This document shows, one piece after another, positions 24,033 to 34,296 of a stretch of DNA of 64,000 bases. The position numbers were made by a program, and so were the translations under genes. Each line of letters starts with the position of its first letter. Position 1 is the stretch's first letter. Source of the stretch: Escherichia coli (GTDB taxonomy: Bacteria > Pseudomonadota > Gammaproteobacteria > Enterobacterales > Enterobacteriaceae); assembly GCF_001677475.2 (NCBI RefSeq), contig NZ_CP015229.1; one strand, written 5' to 3'. The notes under the pieces were generated by a model. The model had not been told where the DNA came from and made no database searches. It saw nothing but the letters and a program-made list of their open reading frames with translations.

Positions 24033-25514
24033 ATGAAGAAATTGCTCCCCATTCTTATCGGCCTGAGCCTTTCTGGGTTCAGTTCGTTGAGCCAGGCCGA
24101 GAACCTGATGCAAGTTTATCAGCAAGCACGCCTTAGTAACCCGGAATTGCGTAAGTCTGCCGCCGATCGTGATGCTGCCTTTGAAAAAATTAATGAAGCG
24201 CGCAGTCCATTACTGCCACAGCTAGGTTTAGGTGCAGATTACACCTATAGCAACGGCTACCGCGACGCGAACGGCATCAACTCTAACGCGACCAGTGCGT
24301 CCCTGCAGTTAACTCAATCCATTTTTGATATGTCGAAATGGCGTGCGTTAACGCTGCAGGAAAAAGCAGCAGGGATTCAGGACGTCACGTATCAGACCGA
24401 TCAGCAAACCTTGATCCTCAACACCGCGACCGCTTATTTCAACGTGTTGAATGCTATTGACGTTCTTTCCTATACACAGGCGCAAAAAGAAGCGATCTAC
24501 CGTCAATTAGATCAAACCACCCAACGTTTTAACGTGGGCCTGGTAGCGATCACCGACGTGCAGAATGCCCGCGCACAGTACGATACCGTGCTGGCGAACG
24601 AAGTGACCGCACGTAATAACCTTGATAACGCGGTAGAGCAGCTGCGCCAGATCACCGGTAACTACTATCCGGAACTGGCGGCGCTGAATGTCGAAAACTT
24701 TAAAACCGACAAACCGCAGCCGGTTAACGCGCTGCTGAAAGAAGCCGAAAAACGCAACCTGTCGCTGTTACAGGCACGCTTGAGCCAGGACCTGGCGCGC
24801 GAGCAAATTCGCCAGGCGCAGGATGGTCACTTACCGACTCTGGATTTAACGGCTTCTACCGGGATTTCTGACACCTCTTATAGCGGTTCGAAAACCCGTG
24901 GTGCCGCTGGTACCCAGTATGACGATAGCAATATGGGCCAGAACAAAGTTGGCCTGAGCTTCTCGCTGCCGATTTATCAGGGCGGAATGGTTAACTCGCA
25001 GGTGAAACAGGCACAGTACAACTTTGTTGGTGCCAGCGAGCAACTGGAAAGCGCGCATCGTAGCGTCGTGCAAACCGTACGTTCCTCCTTCAACAACATT
25101 AATGCTTCTATCAGTAGTATTAACGCCTACAAACAAGCCGTAGTTTCCGCTCAAAGCTCATTAGACGCGATGGAAGCGGGCTACTCGGTCGGTACGCGTA
25201 CCATTGTTGATGTGTTGGATGCGACCACCACGCTGTACAACGCCAAGCAAGAGCTGGCGAATGCGCGTTATAACTACCTGATTAATCAGCTGAATATTAA
25301 GTCAGCCCTGGGTACGTTGAACGAGCAGGATCTGCTGGCACTGAACAATGCGCTGAGCAAACCGGTTTCCACTAACCCGGAAAACGTTGCCCCGCAAACG
25401 CCGGAACAGAATGCTATTGCTGATGGTTATGCACCTGATAGCCCGGCACCCGTCGTTCAGCAAACATCCGCACGCACTACCACCAGTAACGGTCATAACC
25501 CTTTCCGTAACTGA
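24033..25514 (+). CDS. tolC: Outer membrane channel TolC
   Basis: Start at 24033 (MKKLLPILIGLSLSGFSSLSQA), 493 aa. The track ORF begins 13 codons earlier. Confidence 0.97.
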   Translation: MKKLLPILIGLSLSGFSSLSQAENLMQVYQQARLSNPELRKSAADRDAAFEKINEARSPLLPQLGLGADYTYSNGYRDANGINSNATSASLQLTQSIFDMSKWRALTLQEKAAGIQDVTYQTDQQTLILNTATAYFNVLNAIDVLSYTQAQKEAIYRQLDQTTQRFNVGLVAITDVQNARAQYDTVLANEVTARNNLDNAVEQLRQITGNYYPELAALNVENFKTDKPQPVNALLKEAEKRNLSLLQARLSQDLAREQIRQAQDGHLPTLDLTASTGISDTSYSGSKTRGAAGTQYDDSNMGQNKVGLSFSLPIYQGGMVNSQVKQAQYNFVGASEQLESAHRSVVQTVRSSFNNINASISSINAYKQAVVSAQSSLDAMEAGYSVGTRTIVDVLDATTTLYNAKQELANARYNYLINQLNIKSALGTLNEQDLLALNNALSKPVSTNPENVAPQTPEQNAIADGYAPDSPAPVVQQTSARTTTSNGHNPFRN

Positions 25515-25521
25515 TGACGAT

Positions 25522-25541
25522 GACGGGGCTTCGGCCCCGTC
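25522..25541 (+). terminator. GC-rich hairpin after tolC (partial terminator/attenuator before ygiBC)
   Basis: gacggggc-ttcg-gccccgtc, with no T tract following. Confidence 0.45.
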
Positions 25542-25661
25542 TGAACGTAAGGCAACGTAAAGATACGGGTTATCTGCCGCATTCTTCCCCCTTCTCGCTT
25601 CAATTTCGACCAGCCATCCTCTATTCTGATGGGTATTTACCACTGGTCCCGGAAGACAAAA

Positions 25662-26333
25662 ATGAAACGGACAAAATCCATACGCCACGCATCGTTCCGC
25701 AAAAACTGGAGCGCACGCCATCTGACACCAGTCGCTCTCGCGGTTGCCACTGTTTTTATGCTGGCTGGCTGTGAAAAGAGTGATGAAACAGTGTCTCTCT
25801 ATCAAAATGCTGACGACTGTTCAGCTGCAAACCCAGGCAAAAGCGCCGAATGTACCACTGCGTACAACAATGCGCTGAAAGAAGCCGAACGTACTGCGCC
25901 GAAATACGCCACCCGTGAAGACTGTGTTGCTGAATTTGGTGAAGGTCAGTGCCAGCAGGCACCAGCCCAGGCTGGTATGGCACCAGAAAACCAGGCGCAG
26001 GCCCAGCAATCCAGCGGAAGTTTCTGGATGCCGCTGATGGCCGGTTACATGATGGGGCGTCTGATGGGCGGCGGCGCGGGATTTGCACAGCAGCCGCTGT
26101 TCTCCTCGAAAAACCCAGCCAGCCCGGCTTACGGTAAATATACCGACGCGACGGGTAAAAACTATGGCGCAGCGCAGCCAGGCCGCACCATGACCGTACC
26201 GAAGACGGCAATGGCACCAAAACCGGCGACCACCACCACCGTTACTCGTGGCGGTTTTGGTGAATCTGTTGCCAAACAAAGCACTATGCAGCGTAGCGCA
26301 ACCGGCACCTCTTCTCGTTCAATGGGTGGCTGA
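25662..26333 (+). CDS. ygiB: DUF1190 lipoprotein YgiB
   Basis: Start at 25662 (MKRTKSIRH...), lipobox LAGC. Confidence 0.9.
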
Positions 26334-26338
26334 TACCG

Positions 26339-27499
26339 ATGGAAAGAGTCAGTATTACCGAGCGCCCGGACTGGCGCGAAAAAGCCCACGAATACGGTTT
26401 CAATTTTCACACCATGTACGGCGAGCCGTACTGGTGTGAAGATGCTTACTACAAGTTGACCCTCGCCCAGGTTGAAAAGCTGGAAGAAGTCACCGCCGAA
26501 CTGCACCAGATGTGCCTGAAAGTGGTGGAAAAAGTGATCGCCAGCGATGAGCTGATGACCAAATTCCGCATTCCAAAACACACCTGGAGTTTTGTGCGCC
26601 AGTCATGGCTGACTCACCAGCCATCGCTTTATTCGCGTCTTGATCTGGCGTGGGATGGCACTGGCGAACCTAAACTTCTGGAAAATAACGCCGATACGCC
26701 AACGTCACTATACGAGGCGGCGTTCTTTCAGTGGATCTGGCTGGAAGATCAGCTTAACGCCGGTAACTTGCCGGAGGGCAGCGACCAGTTTAACAGTCTG
26801 CAAGAAAAACTGATCGATCGCTTCGTTGAGCTGCGTGAACAGTATGGCTTCCAGTTGCTGCATCTCACCTGCTGTCGCGACACGGTGGAAGATCGCGGAA
26901 CCATTCAGTATTTGCAGGACTGCGCGACAGAAGCTGAAATCGCTACTGAATTCCTCTACATCGACGATATCGGTTTAGGCGAAAAAGGTCAGTTCACGGA
27001 TTTACAGGACCAGGTGATTTCTAACCTGTTCAAGCTGTATCCGTGGGAATTTATGCTGCGTGAGATGTTCTCCACCAAGCTGGAGGATGCAGGCGTACGC
27101 TGGCTGGAACCGGCGTGGAAGAGCATTATCTCCAACAAAGCGCTTCTGCCGCTACTGTGGGAGATGTTCCCGAATCACCCGAATCTGCTGCCTGCTTATT
27201 TTGCGGAAGATGATCATCCGCAAATGGAAAAATATGTGGTTAAACCGATCTTCTCCCGTGAAGGCGCAAACGTGTCGATCATTGAGAACGGCAAAACCAT
27301 TGAAGCAGCGGAAGGTCCGTATGGCGAAGAAGGGATGATTGTTCAGCAATTCCACCCGTTACCGAAATTTGGCGACAGCTATATGCTGATTGGTAGCTGG
27401 CTGGTGAACGATCAACCTGCCGGAATTGGCATTCGTGAAGACCGTGCATTGATCACCCAGGATATGTCTCGGTTTTATCCACATATTTTTGTTGAATAA
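26339..27499 (+). CDS. ygiC: Glutathionylspermidine-synthase-like ATP-grasp protein YgiC
   Basis: 386 aa. Synteny tolC-ygiB-ygiC. Confidence 0.93.
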
Positions 27500-27507
27500 G
27501 CCATGAT

Positions 27508-27531
27508 ACCGGATGGCACTCGCCATCCGGT
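27508..27531. terminator. Bidirectional hairpin between convergent ygiC and ygiD
   Basis: accggatggc-actc-gccatccggt, a perfect 10-bp stem. Confidence 0.7.
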
Positions 27532-27536
27532 AATTA

Positions 27537-28352
27537 TTAGCCTATCAGCACCGACAACATACTTAAACTGCCCATTTCTATACCATCGACCGGAATGGTA
27601 ATTGGCTCCTGCCCATCCCACGCACCTAAGACATACAACAACGGCAGATAGTGCTCTGGCGTTGGGTTCGATAACGCGCCACCTTCATGGTCGAGATAAT
27701 TCACCAGAGGATGCTGCTCTACCGGCCCTTGCCACGTCAGATTCGCTTTCACATACTCATTAAACGACGTCGCCCACGGATACGGTGAACTATCACCGTG
27801 CCACTTCACTGTGCGCAGGTTATGCACCACGTTACCGCTGGCGACCAACATTATTCCTTCATCCCGCAGCGCTGCCAGTTTGCGCCCCATTTCGAAATGC
27901 CAGGCAGCAGGTTTGCTACTGTCGATACTCAACTGCACCATCGGGATATCGGCGTCAGGATACATCTTAATCAGCACGCCCCACGAGCCGTGGTCAAAGC
28001 CCCAGGCTTCTTTATCCAGCGTCACCGGGACCGGCGCTAACAGCTCAACCAGATGCTGTGCCAGCGCAGGCGAACCCGGAGCAGGATAATGCGTGTCGTA
28101 CAGCGCCTGCGGGAAGCCACCAAAGTCATGAATCGTGGGCGGCGTCTCCATCGCGGTCACTCCTGTTCCACGGGTAAACCAGTGAGCCGAAACCACCACA
28201 ATCGCTTGCGGGCGTGGCAATGTCATCCCCAACTTCTGCCAGCTGCGGGTATACAAATTATCTTCCAGCACGTTCATCGGACTACCGTGACCTAAAAACA
28301 ATGCTGGCATACGTGTTGAAGACATGATGATATCCTTAACTAAAGGTGTCAT
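27537..28352 (-). CDS. ygiD: 4,5-DOPA extradiol dioxygenase-like protein YgiD
   Basis: 271-aa ORF of the LigB/extradiol dioxygenase family (ALFLGHGSPMN). Confidence 0.9.
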   Translation of the reverse strand: MTPLVKDIIMSSTRMPALFLGHGSPMNVLEDNLYTRSWQKLGMTLPRPQAIVVVSAHWFTRGTGVTAMETPPTIHDFGGFPQALYDTHYPAPGSPALAQHLVELLAPVPVTLDKEAWGFDHGSWGVLIKMYPDADIPMVQLSIDSSKPAAWHFEMGRKLAALRDEGIMLVASGNVVHNLRTVKWHGDSSPYPWATSFNEYVKANLTWQGPVEQHPLVNYLDHEGGALSNPTPEHYLPLLYVLGAWDGQEPITIPVDGIEMGSLSMLSVLIG

Positions 28353-28467
28353 TTTGATATCCTCACAATACGCTTGTTTGGCGGAGTAAGAACCCGGATA
28401 ACAATGATGATGATCATCAGTTATTTTGACGATCTGCCTGAAGGTGAAGATTTATAAGGAGTTGTCG

Positions 28468-29241
28468 ATGTCAGTACCTCTCATTCTGACCATACTGGCG
28501 GGGGCAGCCACGTTTATTGGCGCGTTTCTCGGCGTTCTCGGGCAAAAACCCTCGAACCGCTTACTGGCGTTTTCGCTAGGATTTGCGGCGGGGATCATGT
28601 TGCTCATCTCATTAATGGAAATGCTTCCTGCCGCACTAGCAGCTGAAGGAATGTCGCCTGTGTTGGGTTATGGAATGTTTATCTTCGGTCTGCTTGGCTA
28701 TTTTGGCCTGGACCGCATGTTGCCACATGCGCATCCGCAGGATTTAATGCAAAAATCGGTGCAGCCGTTGCCAAAATCGATCAAGCGCACAGCCATTCTG
28801 CTCACTCTCGGCATCAGTCTGCATAACTTCCCGGAAGGGATTGCCACCTTTGTCACGGCGAGCAGCAACCTGGAGCTGGGCTTTGGCATCGCACTGGCCG
28901 TTGCGTTACACAATATTCCTGAAGGTCTGGCGGTTGCAGGCCCGGTTTACGCGGCAACGGGGTCTAAACGCACCGCGATTCTTTGGGCGGGGATTTCTGG
29001 ACTGGCAGAAATTCTTGGTGGTGTGCTGGCGTGGTTAATCCTCGGTAGCATGATTTCCCCGGTGGTCATGGCGGCAATCATGGCGGCGGTTGCAGGAATT
29101 ATGGTGGCGCTCTCGGTTGATGAATTAATGCCGCTCGCCAAAGAGATTGACCCTAATAATAACCCCAGCTATGGCGTACTATGTGGAATGTCAGTGATGG
29201 GATTCAGTTTAGTGCTGCTACAAACGGCGGGAATTGGTTAA
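28468..29241 (+). CDS. zupT: Zinc transporter ZupT (ZIP family)
   Basis: Start at 28468 ([16 protein letters not shown]) after an AAGGA Shine-Dalgarno, 257 aa. Confidence 0.95.
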
Positions 29242-29298
29242 AAGCAACATCAGAAGTTGTCCAGCGCATGGACAACTTCTGCCAGCTTCACTAAAGCC

Positions 29299-29469
29299 TT
29301 ATTCTACCTTTTCGGCTGTCTCTTCTCTCGTACTGTTTAAGTATTTGTTCCGCGCTTCAAGCAGTGCGTCTCTGTCCTGGCGAAACGCCCGACAATAACG
29401 TTTCAAATGCAGGAAATAACCCACAACAACAAGAGCAATCAATACAATCCAGTACCAGGCGATAAACAT
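29299..29469 (-). CDS. Small single-pass membrane protein (56 aa from the ATG at 29469; the ORF could start at 29493)
   Basis: MFIAWYWIVLIALVVVGYFLHLKRY... has a hydrophobic N-terminus and a charged tail. AAGGG lies 7 nt upstream of 29469, and a 13-bp hairpin (29251-29281) lies downstream. Confidence 0.4.
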   Translation of the reverse strand: MFIAWYWIVLIALVVVGYFLHLKRYCRAFRQDRDALLEARNKYLNSTREETAEKVE

Positions 29470-29663
29470 CCTTTTACCCTTAATATTTAACAATACTAAA
29501 CATTTAGCGCATAAATTTCACATATCCTTTTTCGGATATATTCATATGGTCGCATAATAACGGAACAATTATATGATTTTGATCATAATGAAAAAGAATG
29601 CCTGATATTAATGAAATTTTCTCATAGAAAGAGAAGCGGAATTAACATCTTGCATAGCAGGGA

Positions 29664-29698
29664 AAAATAAAAACCGAAGCCTGCTACAACTTCGGTTT
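29664..29698 (-). terminator. ribB intrinsic terminator
   Basis: Minus strand reads aaaccgaag-ttgtagcagg-cttcggttt followed by ttatttttc. Confidence 0.8.
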
Positions 29699-29730
29699 CT
29701 TGATTAAGGCAGTAAATTAAGCAGCGGTTT

Positions 29731-30384
29731 TCAGCTGGCTTTACGCTCATGTGCCTGACGATATGCCACCAGGTCTTCAATAGTCACGAGCGCCATATTG
29801 TGTTTATTGGCAAACTCAATGCACTCTGGTGCACGCGCCATCGTGCCATCGTCATTAGTCAGCTCACACAGCACACCAGCCGGTTTAAAGCCTGCCAGCG
29901 TCATTAGATCAATAGTTGCCTCAGTATGACCGCCACGCGTCAGTACACCACCAGCCTGAGCGCGGAGTGGGAAAACGTGGCCCGGGCGATTCAGATCAGA
30001 AGGTTTTGCGCCATCGGCAATCGCTGCGCGAACGGTCGTAATACGGTCAGCGGCAGAAACACCGGTAGTCACACCTTCAGCCGCTTCAATGGTCACGGTA
30101 AAACCGGTGCCATAGGCGCTGGTGTTATTTTCTACCATCATTGGCAGATCGAGTTGTTTACGGCGATCTTCAGTAATGCACAGGCAAACAATACCGCTAC
30201 CGTGGCGAATGGTCAGCGCCATCTGCTCAACGGTCATGGTTTCTGCCGGGAAGATCATATCACCTTCGTTTTCACGGTCTTCATCATCAAGCACCATCAC
30301 ACCGCGTCCTTCACGCAGTGCAGCCAGTGCATTTTCAACACGTTCGAAAGGCGTACCAAAAGAGGAAAGTAGCGTCTGATTCAT
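29731..30384 (-). CDS. ribB: 3,4-dihydroxy-2-butanone-4-phosphate synthase
   Basis: 217 aa, [42 protein letters not shown]. Confidence 0.97.
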   Translation of the reverse strand: MNQTLLSSFGTPFERVENALAALREGRGVMVLDDEDRENEGDMIFPAETMTVEQMALTIRHGSGIVCLCITEDRRKQLDLPMMVENNTSAYGTGFTVTIEAAEGVTTGVSAADRITTVRAAIADGAKPSDLNRPGHVFPLRAQAGGVLTRGGHTEATIDLMTLAGFKPAGVLCELTNDDGTMARAPECIEFANKHNMALVTIEDLVAYRQAHERKAS

Positions 30385-30484
30385 GGTAAAAAAACCTCAC
30401 TAAAATTATGGTTACCAGAATCAGGGCAGTCTTAGGAGTGGCGGCATATAGCCAAAATAACGTGAGCGGGTCCATGCCCGACAG

Positions 30485-30640
30485 AATCGTTACTCTCTCC
30501 CATCCGGACTCTAACCGTCGGCCCCGGAATTACACCGGATCTGCTGTCCTTTGAGTTCGCACCCAAAGCGCTCGCGGGCTTTCAACTGAGTTGATTTACC
30601 GCCGGTGGGGAATTTCGCCCCGCCCTGAGAATAAGCGGAT
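30485..30640 (-). promoter_or_regulatory. FMN riboswitch (RFN element) in the ribB leader
   Basis: Minus strand reads ...ttctcagggcggggcgaaattccccaccggcggtaaatc...ccggtgtaattccggggccgacggttagagtccggatgggagagagtaacg, which are conserved RFN core segments. Confidence 0.88.
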
Positions 30641-30757
30641 TCACTATAACGCTAATGATTAGCGGCAGCAACGCATAGCTTCACATAATTCTGGTTTATG
30701 ACTTACCCTTATCGCACTACAATGGCACTCAACACCTATCAGTACAGGGAAACTACA

Positions 30758-31057
30758 ATGATTGACCCGAAAAAAATTGAGCAAATCGCTCGCCAGGTTC
30801 ACGAATCAATGCCTAAAGGAATCAGGGAGTTCGGGGAAGATGTGGAGAAAAAAATCCGCCAAACCCTACAAGCACAGCTGACGCGTCTCGATCTGGTGAG
30901 CCGCGAAGAATTCGACGTACAGACGCAAGTCCTGTTACGGACTCGTGAAAAACTAGCTTTACTGGAGCAGCGCATCAGTGAACTGGAAGCGCGCAATAAT
31001 TCGGTAGCAGATCTTCAATCTCCTCCGGCTATCCCGCCTATTGATAAAGCAGAATAA
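30758..31057 (+). CDS. ubiK: Ubiquinone biosynthesis accessory factor UbiK (YqiC, BMFP family)
   Basis: Start at 30758 ([19 protein letters not shown]) after an AGGGA Shine-Dalgarno. Coiled-coil protein. Confidence 0.9.
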   Translation: MIDPKKIEQIARQVHESMPKGIREFGEDVEKKIRQTLQAQLTRLDLVSREEFDVQTQVLLRTREKLALLEQRISELEARNNSVADLQSPPAIPPIDKAE

Positions 31058-31069
31058 AGCAACACAAAA

Positions 31070-31087
31070 ACGGGCCAGACGGCCCGT
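31070..31087. terminator. Hairpin between convergent ubiK and glgS
   Basis: acgggcc-agac-ggcccgt. Confidence 0.6.
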
Positions 31088-31091
31088 AATA

Positions 31092-31292
31092 TCAGTGTTC
31101 TAATTCAAGTTCTCTGGTTTGCATCATCTGTTGACAATACCAGGCATAACGTGCGCAAAACCAGGTTCTATGTTCTTCATCCATGTTACCAGTAACGGCC
31201 AAAATATCGACCGGGCGACCTTCTGCGTGCATTCTGGCAAAACTACGCGCGAGAAAATCGAAATTATTTAAAGAATTAAGACTATGATCCAT
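31092..31292 (-). CDS. glgS: Surface composition regulator GlgS
   Basis: [29 protein letters not shown], 66 aa. GGAGG lies 9 nt upstream of the ATG at 31292. Confidence 0.93.
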
Positions 31293-31560
31293 AAGCACAT
31301 CCTCCGGTTATTGCATACCTTTTAAGGCCATATGCTTTTTCTGATTTCAGTATTCCCCAATCAGTGTAGTGCCTTTAAACATAACGTGCGTAAATATATT
31401 GTCCCCGATCACACTTTTTAGTGAAAAATAAAAAACCATATTAAAAGACTTTCTCTTCCAGAACTTCTCTAACATGTGTTATTATTAACAAAGATAAATG
31501 TAAGCAAGGAAACTATCCCAAAGTAAATATTGCGTCACTAAATGGACATTGGAGTGACAT

Positions 31561-32190
31561 ATGATTTTATTCGCCGACTATAATACCCCTTATCTTTTCG
31601 CTATTTCCTTTGTACTGTTGATCGGCCTTTTAGAAATTTTAGCGCTTATCTGCGGTCACATGCTCTCCGGTGCTCTTGATGCACATCTTGACCATTATGA
31701 TTCCATAACCACAGGTCATATTAGCCAGGCACTTCATTATCTCAATATCGGAAGATTGCCAGCTCTCGTCGTTCTATGCTTGCTGGCTGGTTTTTTTGGT
31801 CTTATTGGCATCCTGTTGCAGCATGCCTGCATCATGTTCTGGCAATCACCACTGTCGAACCTGTTCGTGGTTCCTGTCAGTTTTCTGTTTACGATTATTG
31901 CGGTGCATTATACCGGTAAAATAGTTGCGCCCTGGATTCCACGCGACCATAGTTCAGCTATTACAGAAGAAGAATATATTGGTAGCATGGCGTTAATTAC
32001 CGGTCATCAGGCCACTTCAGGTAATCCCTGCGAAGGAAAACTCACCGATCAATTTGGCCAAATACATTATTTACTACTGGAGCCTGAAGAAGGAAAAATT
32101 TTCACTAAAGGAGACAAAGTGTTAATTATTTGCCGACTTTCTGCAACGCGATATTTGGCGGAAAACAATCCCTGGCCCCAAATATTGTAA
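31561..32190 (+). CDS. yqiJ: NfeD-like inner membrane protein YqiJ
   Basis: 209 aa. Membrane N-terminus plus a C-terminal OB-like NfeD domain. Paired with an SPFH gene. Confidence 0.9.
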   Translation: MILFADYNTPYLFAISFVLLIGLLEILALICGHMLSGALDAHLDHYDSITTGHISQALHYLNIGRLPALVVLCLLAGFFGLIGILLQHACIMFWQSPLSNLFVVPVSFLFTIIAVHYTGKIVAPWIPRDHSSAITEEEYIGSMALITGHQATSGNPCEGKLTDQFGQIHYLLLEPEEGKIFTKGDKVLIICRLSATRYLAENNPWPQIL

Positions 32191-32216
32191 TTTATTAATC
32201 AAAAGGAAATTTAATA

Positions 32217-33878
32217 ATGGATGATATTGTTAATTCTGTGCCCTCCTGGATGTTTACCGCAATTATTGCCGTATGCATTCTGTTTATTATTGGAATTATT
32301 TTCGCCAGGCTCTATCGTCGCGCTTCGGCAGAGCAAGCTTTTGTTCGTACTGGTTTAGGTGGGCAAAAAGTGGTAATGAGCGGTGGCGCAATCGTGATGC
32401 CGATCTTTCATGAAATAATCCCCATCAATATGAATACCCTGAAGCTGGAAGTCAGCCGCTCAACCATTGATAGCCTGATTACGAAAGATCGTATGCGCGT
32501 CGATGTAGTAGTCGCTTTCTTTGTGCGGGTAAAACCTTCAGTAGAAGGGATTGCCACCGCCGCCCAGACGCTGGGGCAACGCACCCTGTCGCCTGAAGAC
32601 TTACGTATGTTGGTTGAAGATAAATTTGTCGATGCCCTCCGTGCAACAGCTGCGCAAATGACCATGCATGAGTTACAGGATACCCGCGAGAACTTCGTGC
32701 AGGGAGTACAAAATACCGTAGCTGAAGATCTGTCGAAAAACGGCCTGGAACTGGAAAGCGTTTCACTTACCAACTTTAACCAGACGTCGAAAGAACATTT
32801 CAATCCTAACAACGCCTTTGACGCCGAAGGTTTAACCAAGCTGACGCAGGAGACGGAGCGCCGTCGTCGCGAACGTAACGAAGTTGAACAGGATGTAGAA
32901 GTTGCGGTGCGTGAGAAAAACCGTGATGCGCTTTCGCGGAAGCTGGAGATTGAACAACAAGAAGCGTTTATGACGCTTGAACAGGAGCAGCAGGTTAAAA
33001 CCCGTACCGCTGAGCAGAATGCGAAAATTGCAGCTTTTGAGGCCGAGCGTCGTCGGGAAGCAGAGCAGACGCGTATTCTGGCTGAACGACAGATTCAGGA
33101 AACAGAAATCGACCGCGAACAGGCCGTCCGCTCAAGAAAAGTTGAAGCTGAACGTGAAGTTCGCATTAAAGAGATCGAACAGCAGCAGGTCACCGAAATC
33201 GCTAACCAGACGAAATCGATCGCTATTGCCGCCAAATCGGAACAACAGTCCCAGGCAGAAGCGCGTGCTAATCTCGCACTTGCAGAAGCGGTAAGCGCCC
33301 AACAAAACGTAGAAACCACTCGCCAGACTGCCGAAGCCGATCGTGCTAAACAAGTTGCCCTAATCGCTGCCGCGCAGGATGCAGAAACCAAAGCGGTTGA
33401 ACTGACCGTGCGGGCGAAAGCAGAAAAAGAAGCCGCAGAGATGCAGGCGGCGGCTATCGTTGAGTTAGCCGAAGCTACACGTAAAAAGGGTCTGGCGGAA
33501 GCAGAAGCACAACGTGCGCTGAACGATGCTATCAACGTACTTTCTGATGAACAAACCAGCCTTAAATTCAAACTGGCCTTGTTGCAGGCGCTACCTGCGG
33601 TAATAGAGAAATCCGTTGAGCCGATGAAGTCTATCGACGGCATCAAGATTATTCAGGTCGATGGATTAAACCGAGGTGGTGCTGCGGGGAATGCGGCATC
33701 AGGCAGCGTTAGTGGCGGAAACCTGGCAGAACAGGCATTGTCTGCCGCCCTTTCTTACCGCACACAGGCACCACTGATTGACTCCTTGCTCAATGAAATC
33801 GGTGTTTCAGGCGGCTCACTGACGGCATTGACCTCACCCTTAACCTCAACAACTCCCGTCGAAGAAAAAGCAGAGTAA
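32217..33878 (+). CDS. yqiK: SPFH/flotillin-like membrane protein YqiK
   Basis: 553 aa. N-terminal transmembrane segment, SPFH domain and a long E/A/Q-rich coiled coil. Confidence 0.93.
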   Translation: MDDIVNSVPSWMFTAIIAVCILFIIGIIFARLYRRASAEQAFVRTGLGGQKVVMSGGAIVMPIFHEIIPINMNTLKLEVSRSTIDSLITKDRMRVDVVVAFFVRVKPSVEGIATAAQTLGQRTLSPEDLRMLVEDKFVDALRATAAQMTMHELQDTRENFVQGVQNTVAEDLSKNGLELESVSLTNFNQTSKEHFNPNNAFDAEGLTKLTQETERRRRERNEVEQDVEVAVREKNRDALSRKLEIEQQEAFMTLEQEQQVKTRTAEQNAKIAAFEAERRREAEQTRILAERQIQETEIDREQAVRSRKVEAEREVRIKEIEQQQVTEIANQTKSIAIAAKSEQQSQAEARANLALAEAVSAQQNVETTRQTAEADRAKQVALIAAAQDAETKAVELTVRAKAEKEAAEMQAAAIVELAEATRKKGLAEAEAQRALNDAINVLSDEQTSLKFKLALLQALPAVIEKSVEPMKSIDGIKIIQVDGLNRGGAAGNAASGSVSGGNLAEQALSAALSYRTQAPLIDSLLNEIGVSGGSLTALTSPLTSTTPVEEKAE

Positions 33879-33894
33879 ACCCTCTTCTAGGAAT

Positions 33895-33926
33895 AATCCC
33901 TGGCCCAAAAAGCCGGGGATTTTTTA
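33895..33926 (+). terminator. yqiK intrinsic terminator
   Basis: aatccctggc-ccaaaaa-gccggggatt followed by tttttat. Confidence 0.8.
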
Positions 33927-34069
33927 TATCTGCGTTCCGCTAAAAAGTGTAAATGATCAGGTTGTTGCAGCGTTTTGCGTGACTGCTCGGGGAAGGCAAA
34001 ACTGCATCAGAGAAAGCATTGCGCGGGGTCTGGCGCTCATCAACAATCGGGGAGTCAGTAAGGGGCTGA

Positions 34070-34213
34070 AACGGGAAAGCCCCTCCCGAAGAAGGGGCCT
34101 TATAGAAGGAAAGGGTTATGATGAAGTTCGTCATCATACTGATTGTGTTGTTACTGTTAAGTTTCCCGACTTACTAACAACTCATCAGAGGGGGGAGAAA
34201 TCCTCCCTTACCC
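34070..34213 (-). ncRNA. sib: Sib-type antisense antitoxin sRNA (QUAD repeat), ends approximate
   Basis: It is fully antisense to the ibs ORF. On the minus strand a TAAAGT -10-like box precedes aagggtaagggagg, and the terminator gcccct-tcttcggg-aggggc is followed by a T-rich tract near 34075. The location between yqiK and hldE matches K-12 sibD/sibE. Confidence 0.7.
34118..34177 (+). CDS. ibs: Ibs-family 19-aa hydrophobic type I toxin
   Basis: Hand translation gives MMKFVIILIVLLLLSFPTY*, preceded by aaggaaaggg. It closely resembles IbsD/IbsE as I recall them. Confidence 0.8.
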   Translation: MMKFVIILIVLLLLSFPTY

Positions 34214-34233
34214 TTGTTCCTTTACTTTAGGTT

Positions 34234-34289
34234 GAAAAAAAAACAGCGTCAATAGATCTGCCTGCTACGAAGCGAGATCTGTGAAGCGC
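34234..34289 (-). terminator. hldE terminator (long imperfect hairpin plus T9)
   Basis: Minus strand reads agcgcttcacagatct...agatctattgacgct followed by ttttttttt. Confidence 0.65.
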
Positions 34290-34296
34290 TTTCCGG

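Noticed and set aside
29500-29660. AT-rich spacer upstream of the small membrane ORF, as a possible sRNA or mobile remnant
   Set aside because: It has no terminator-promoter pair, repeats or conserved structure that I could see. It most simply holds the promoter region of the small ORF.
33095-33646. 183-aa minus-strand ORF (S/A/C-rich) and a plus-strand 105-aa alternative frame within yqiK
   Set aside because: These are by-products of the repetitive GAA/GCN/CAG codon usage of the YqiK coiled-coil region.
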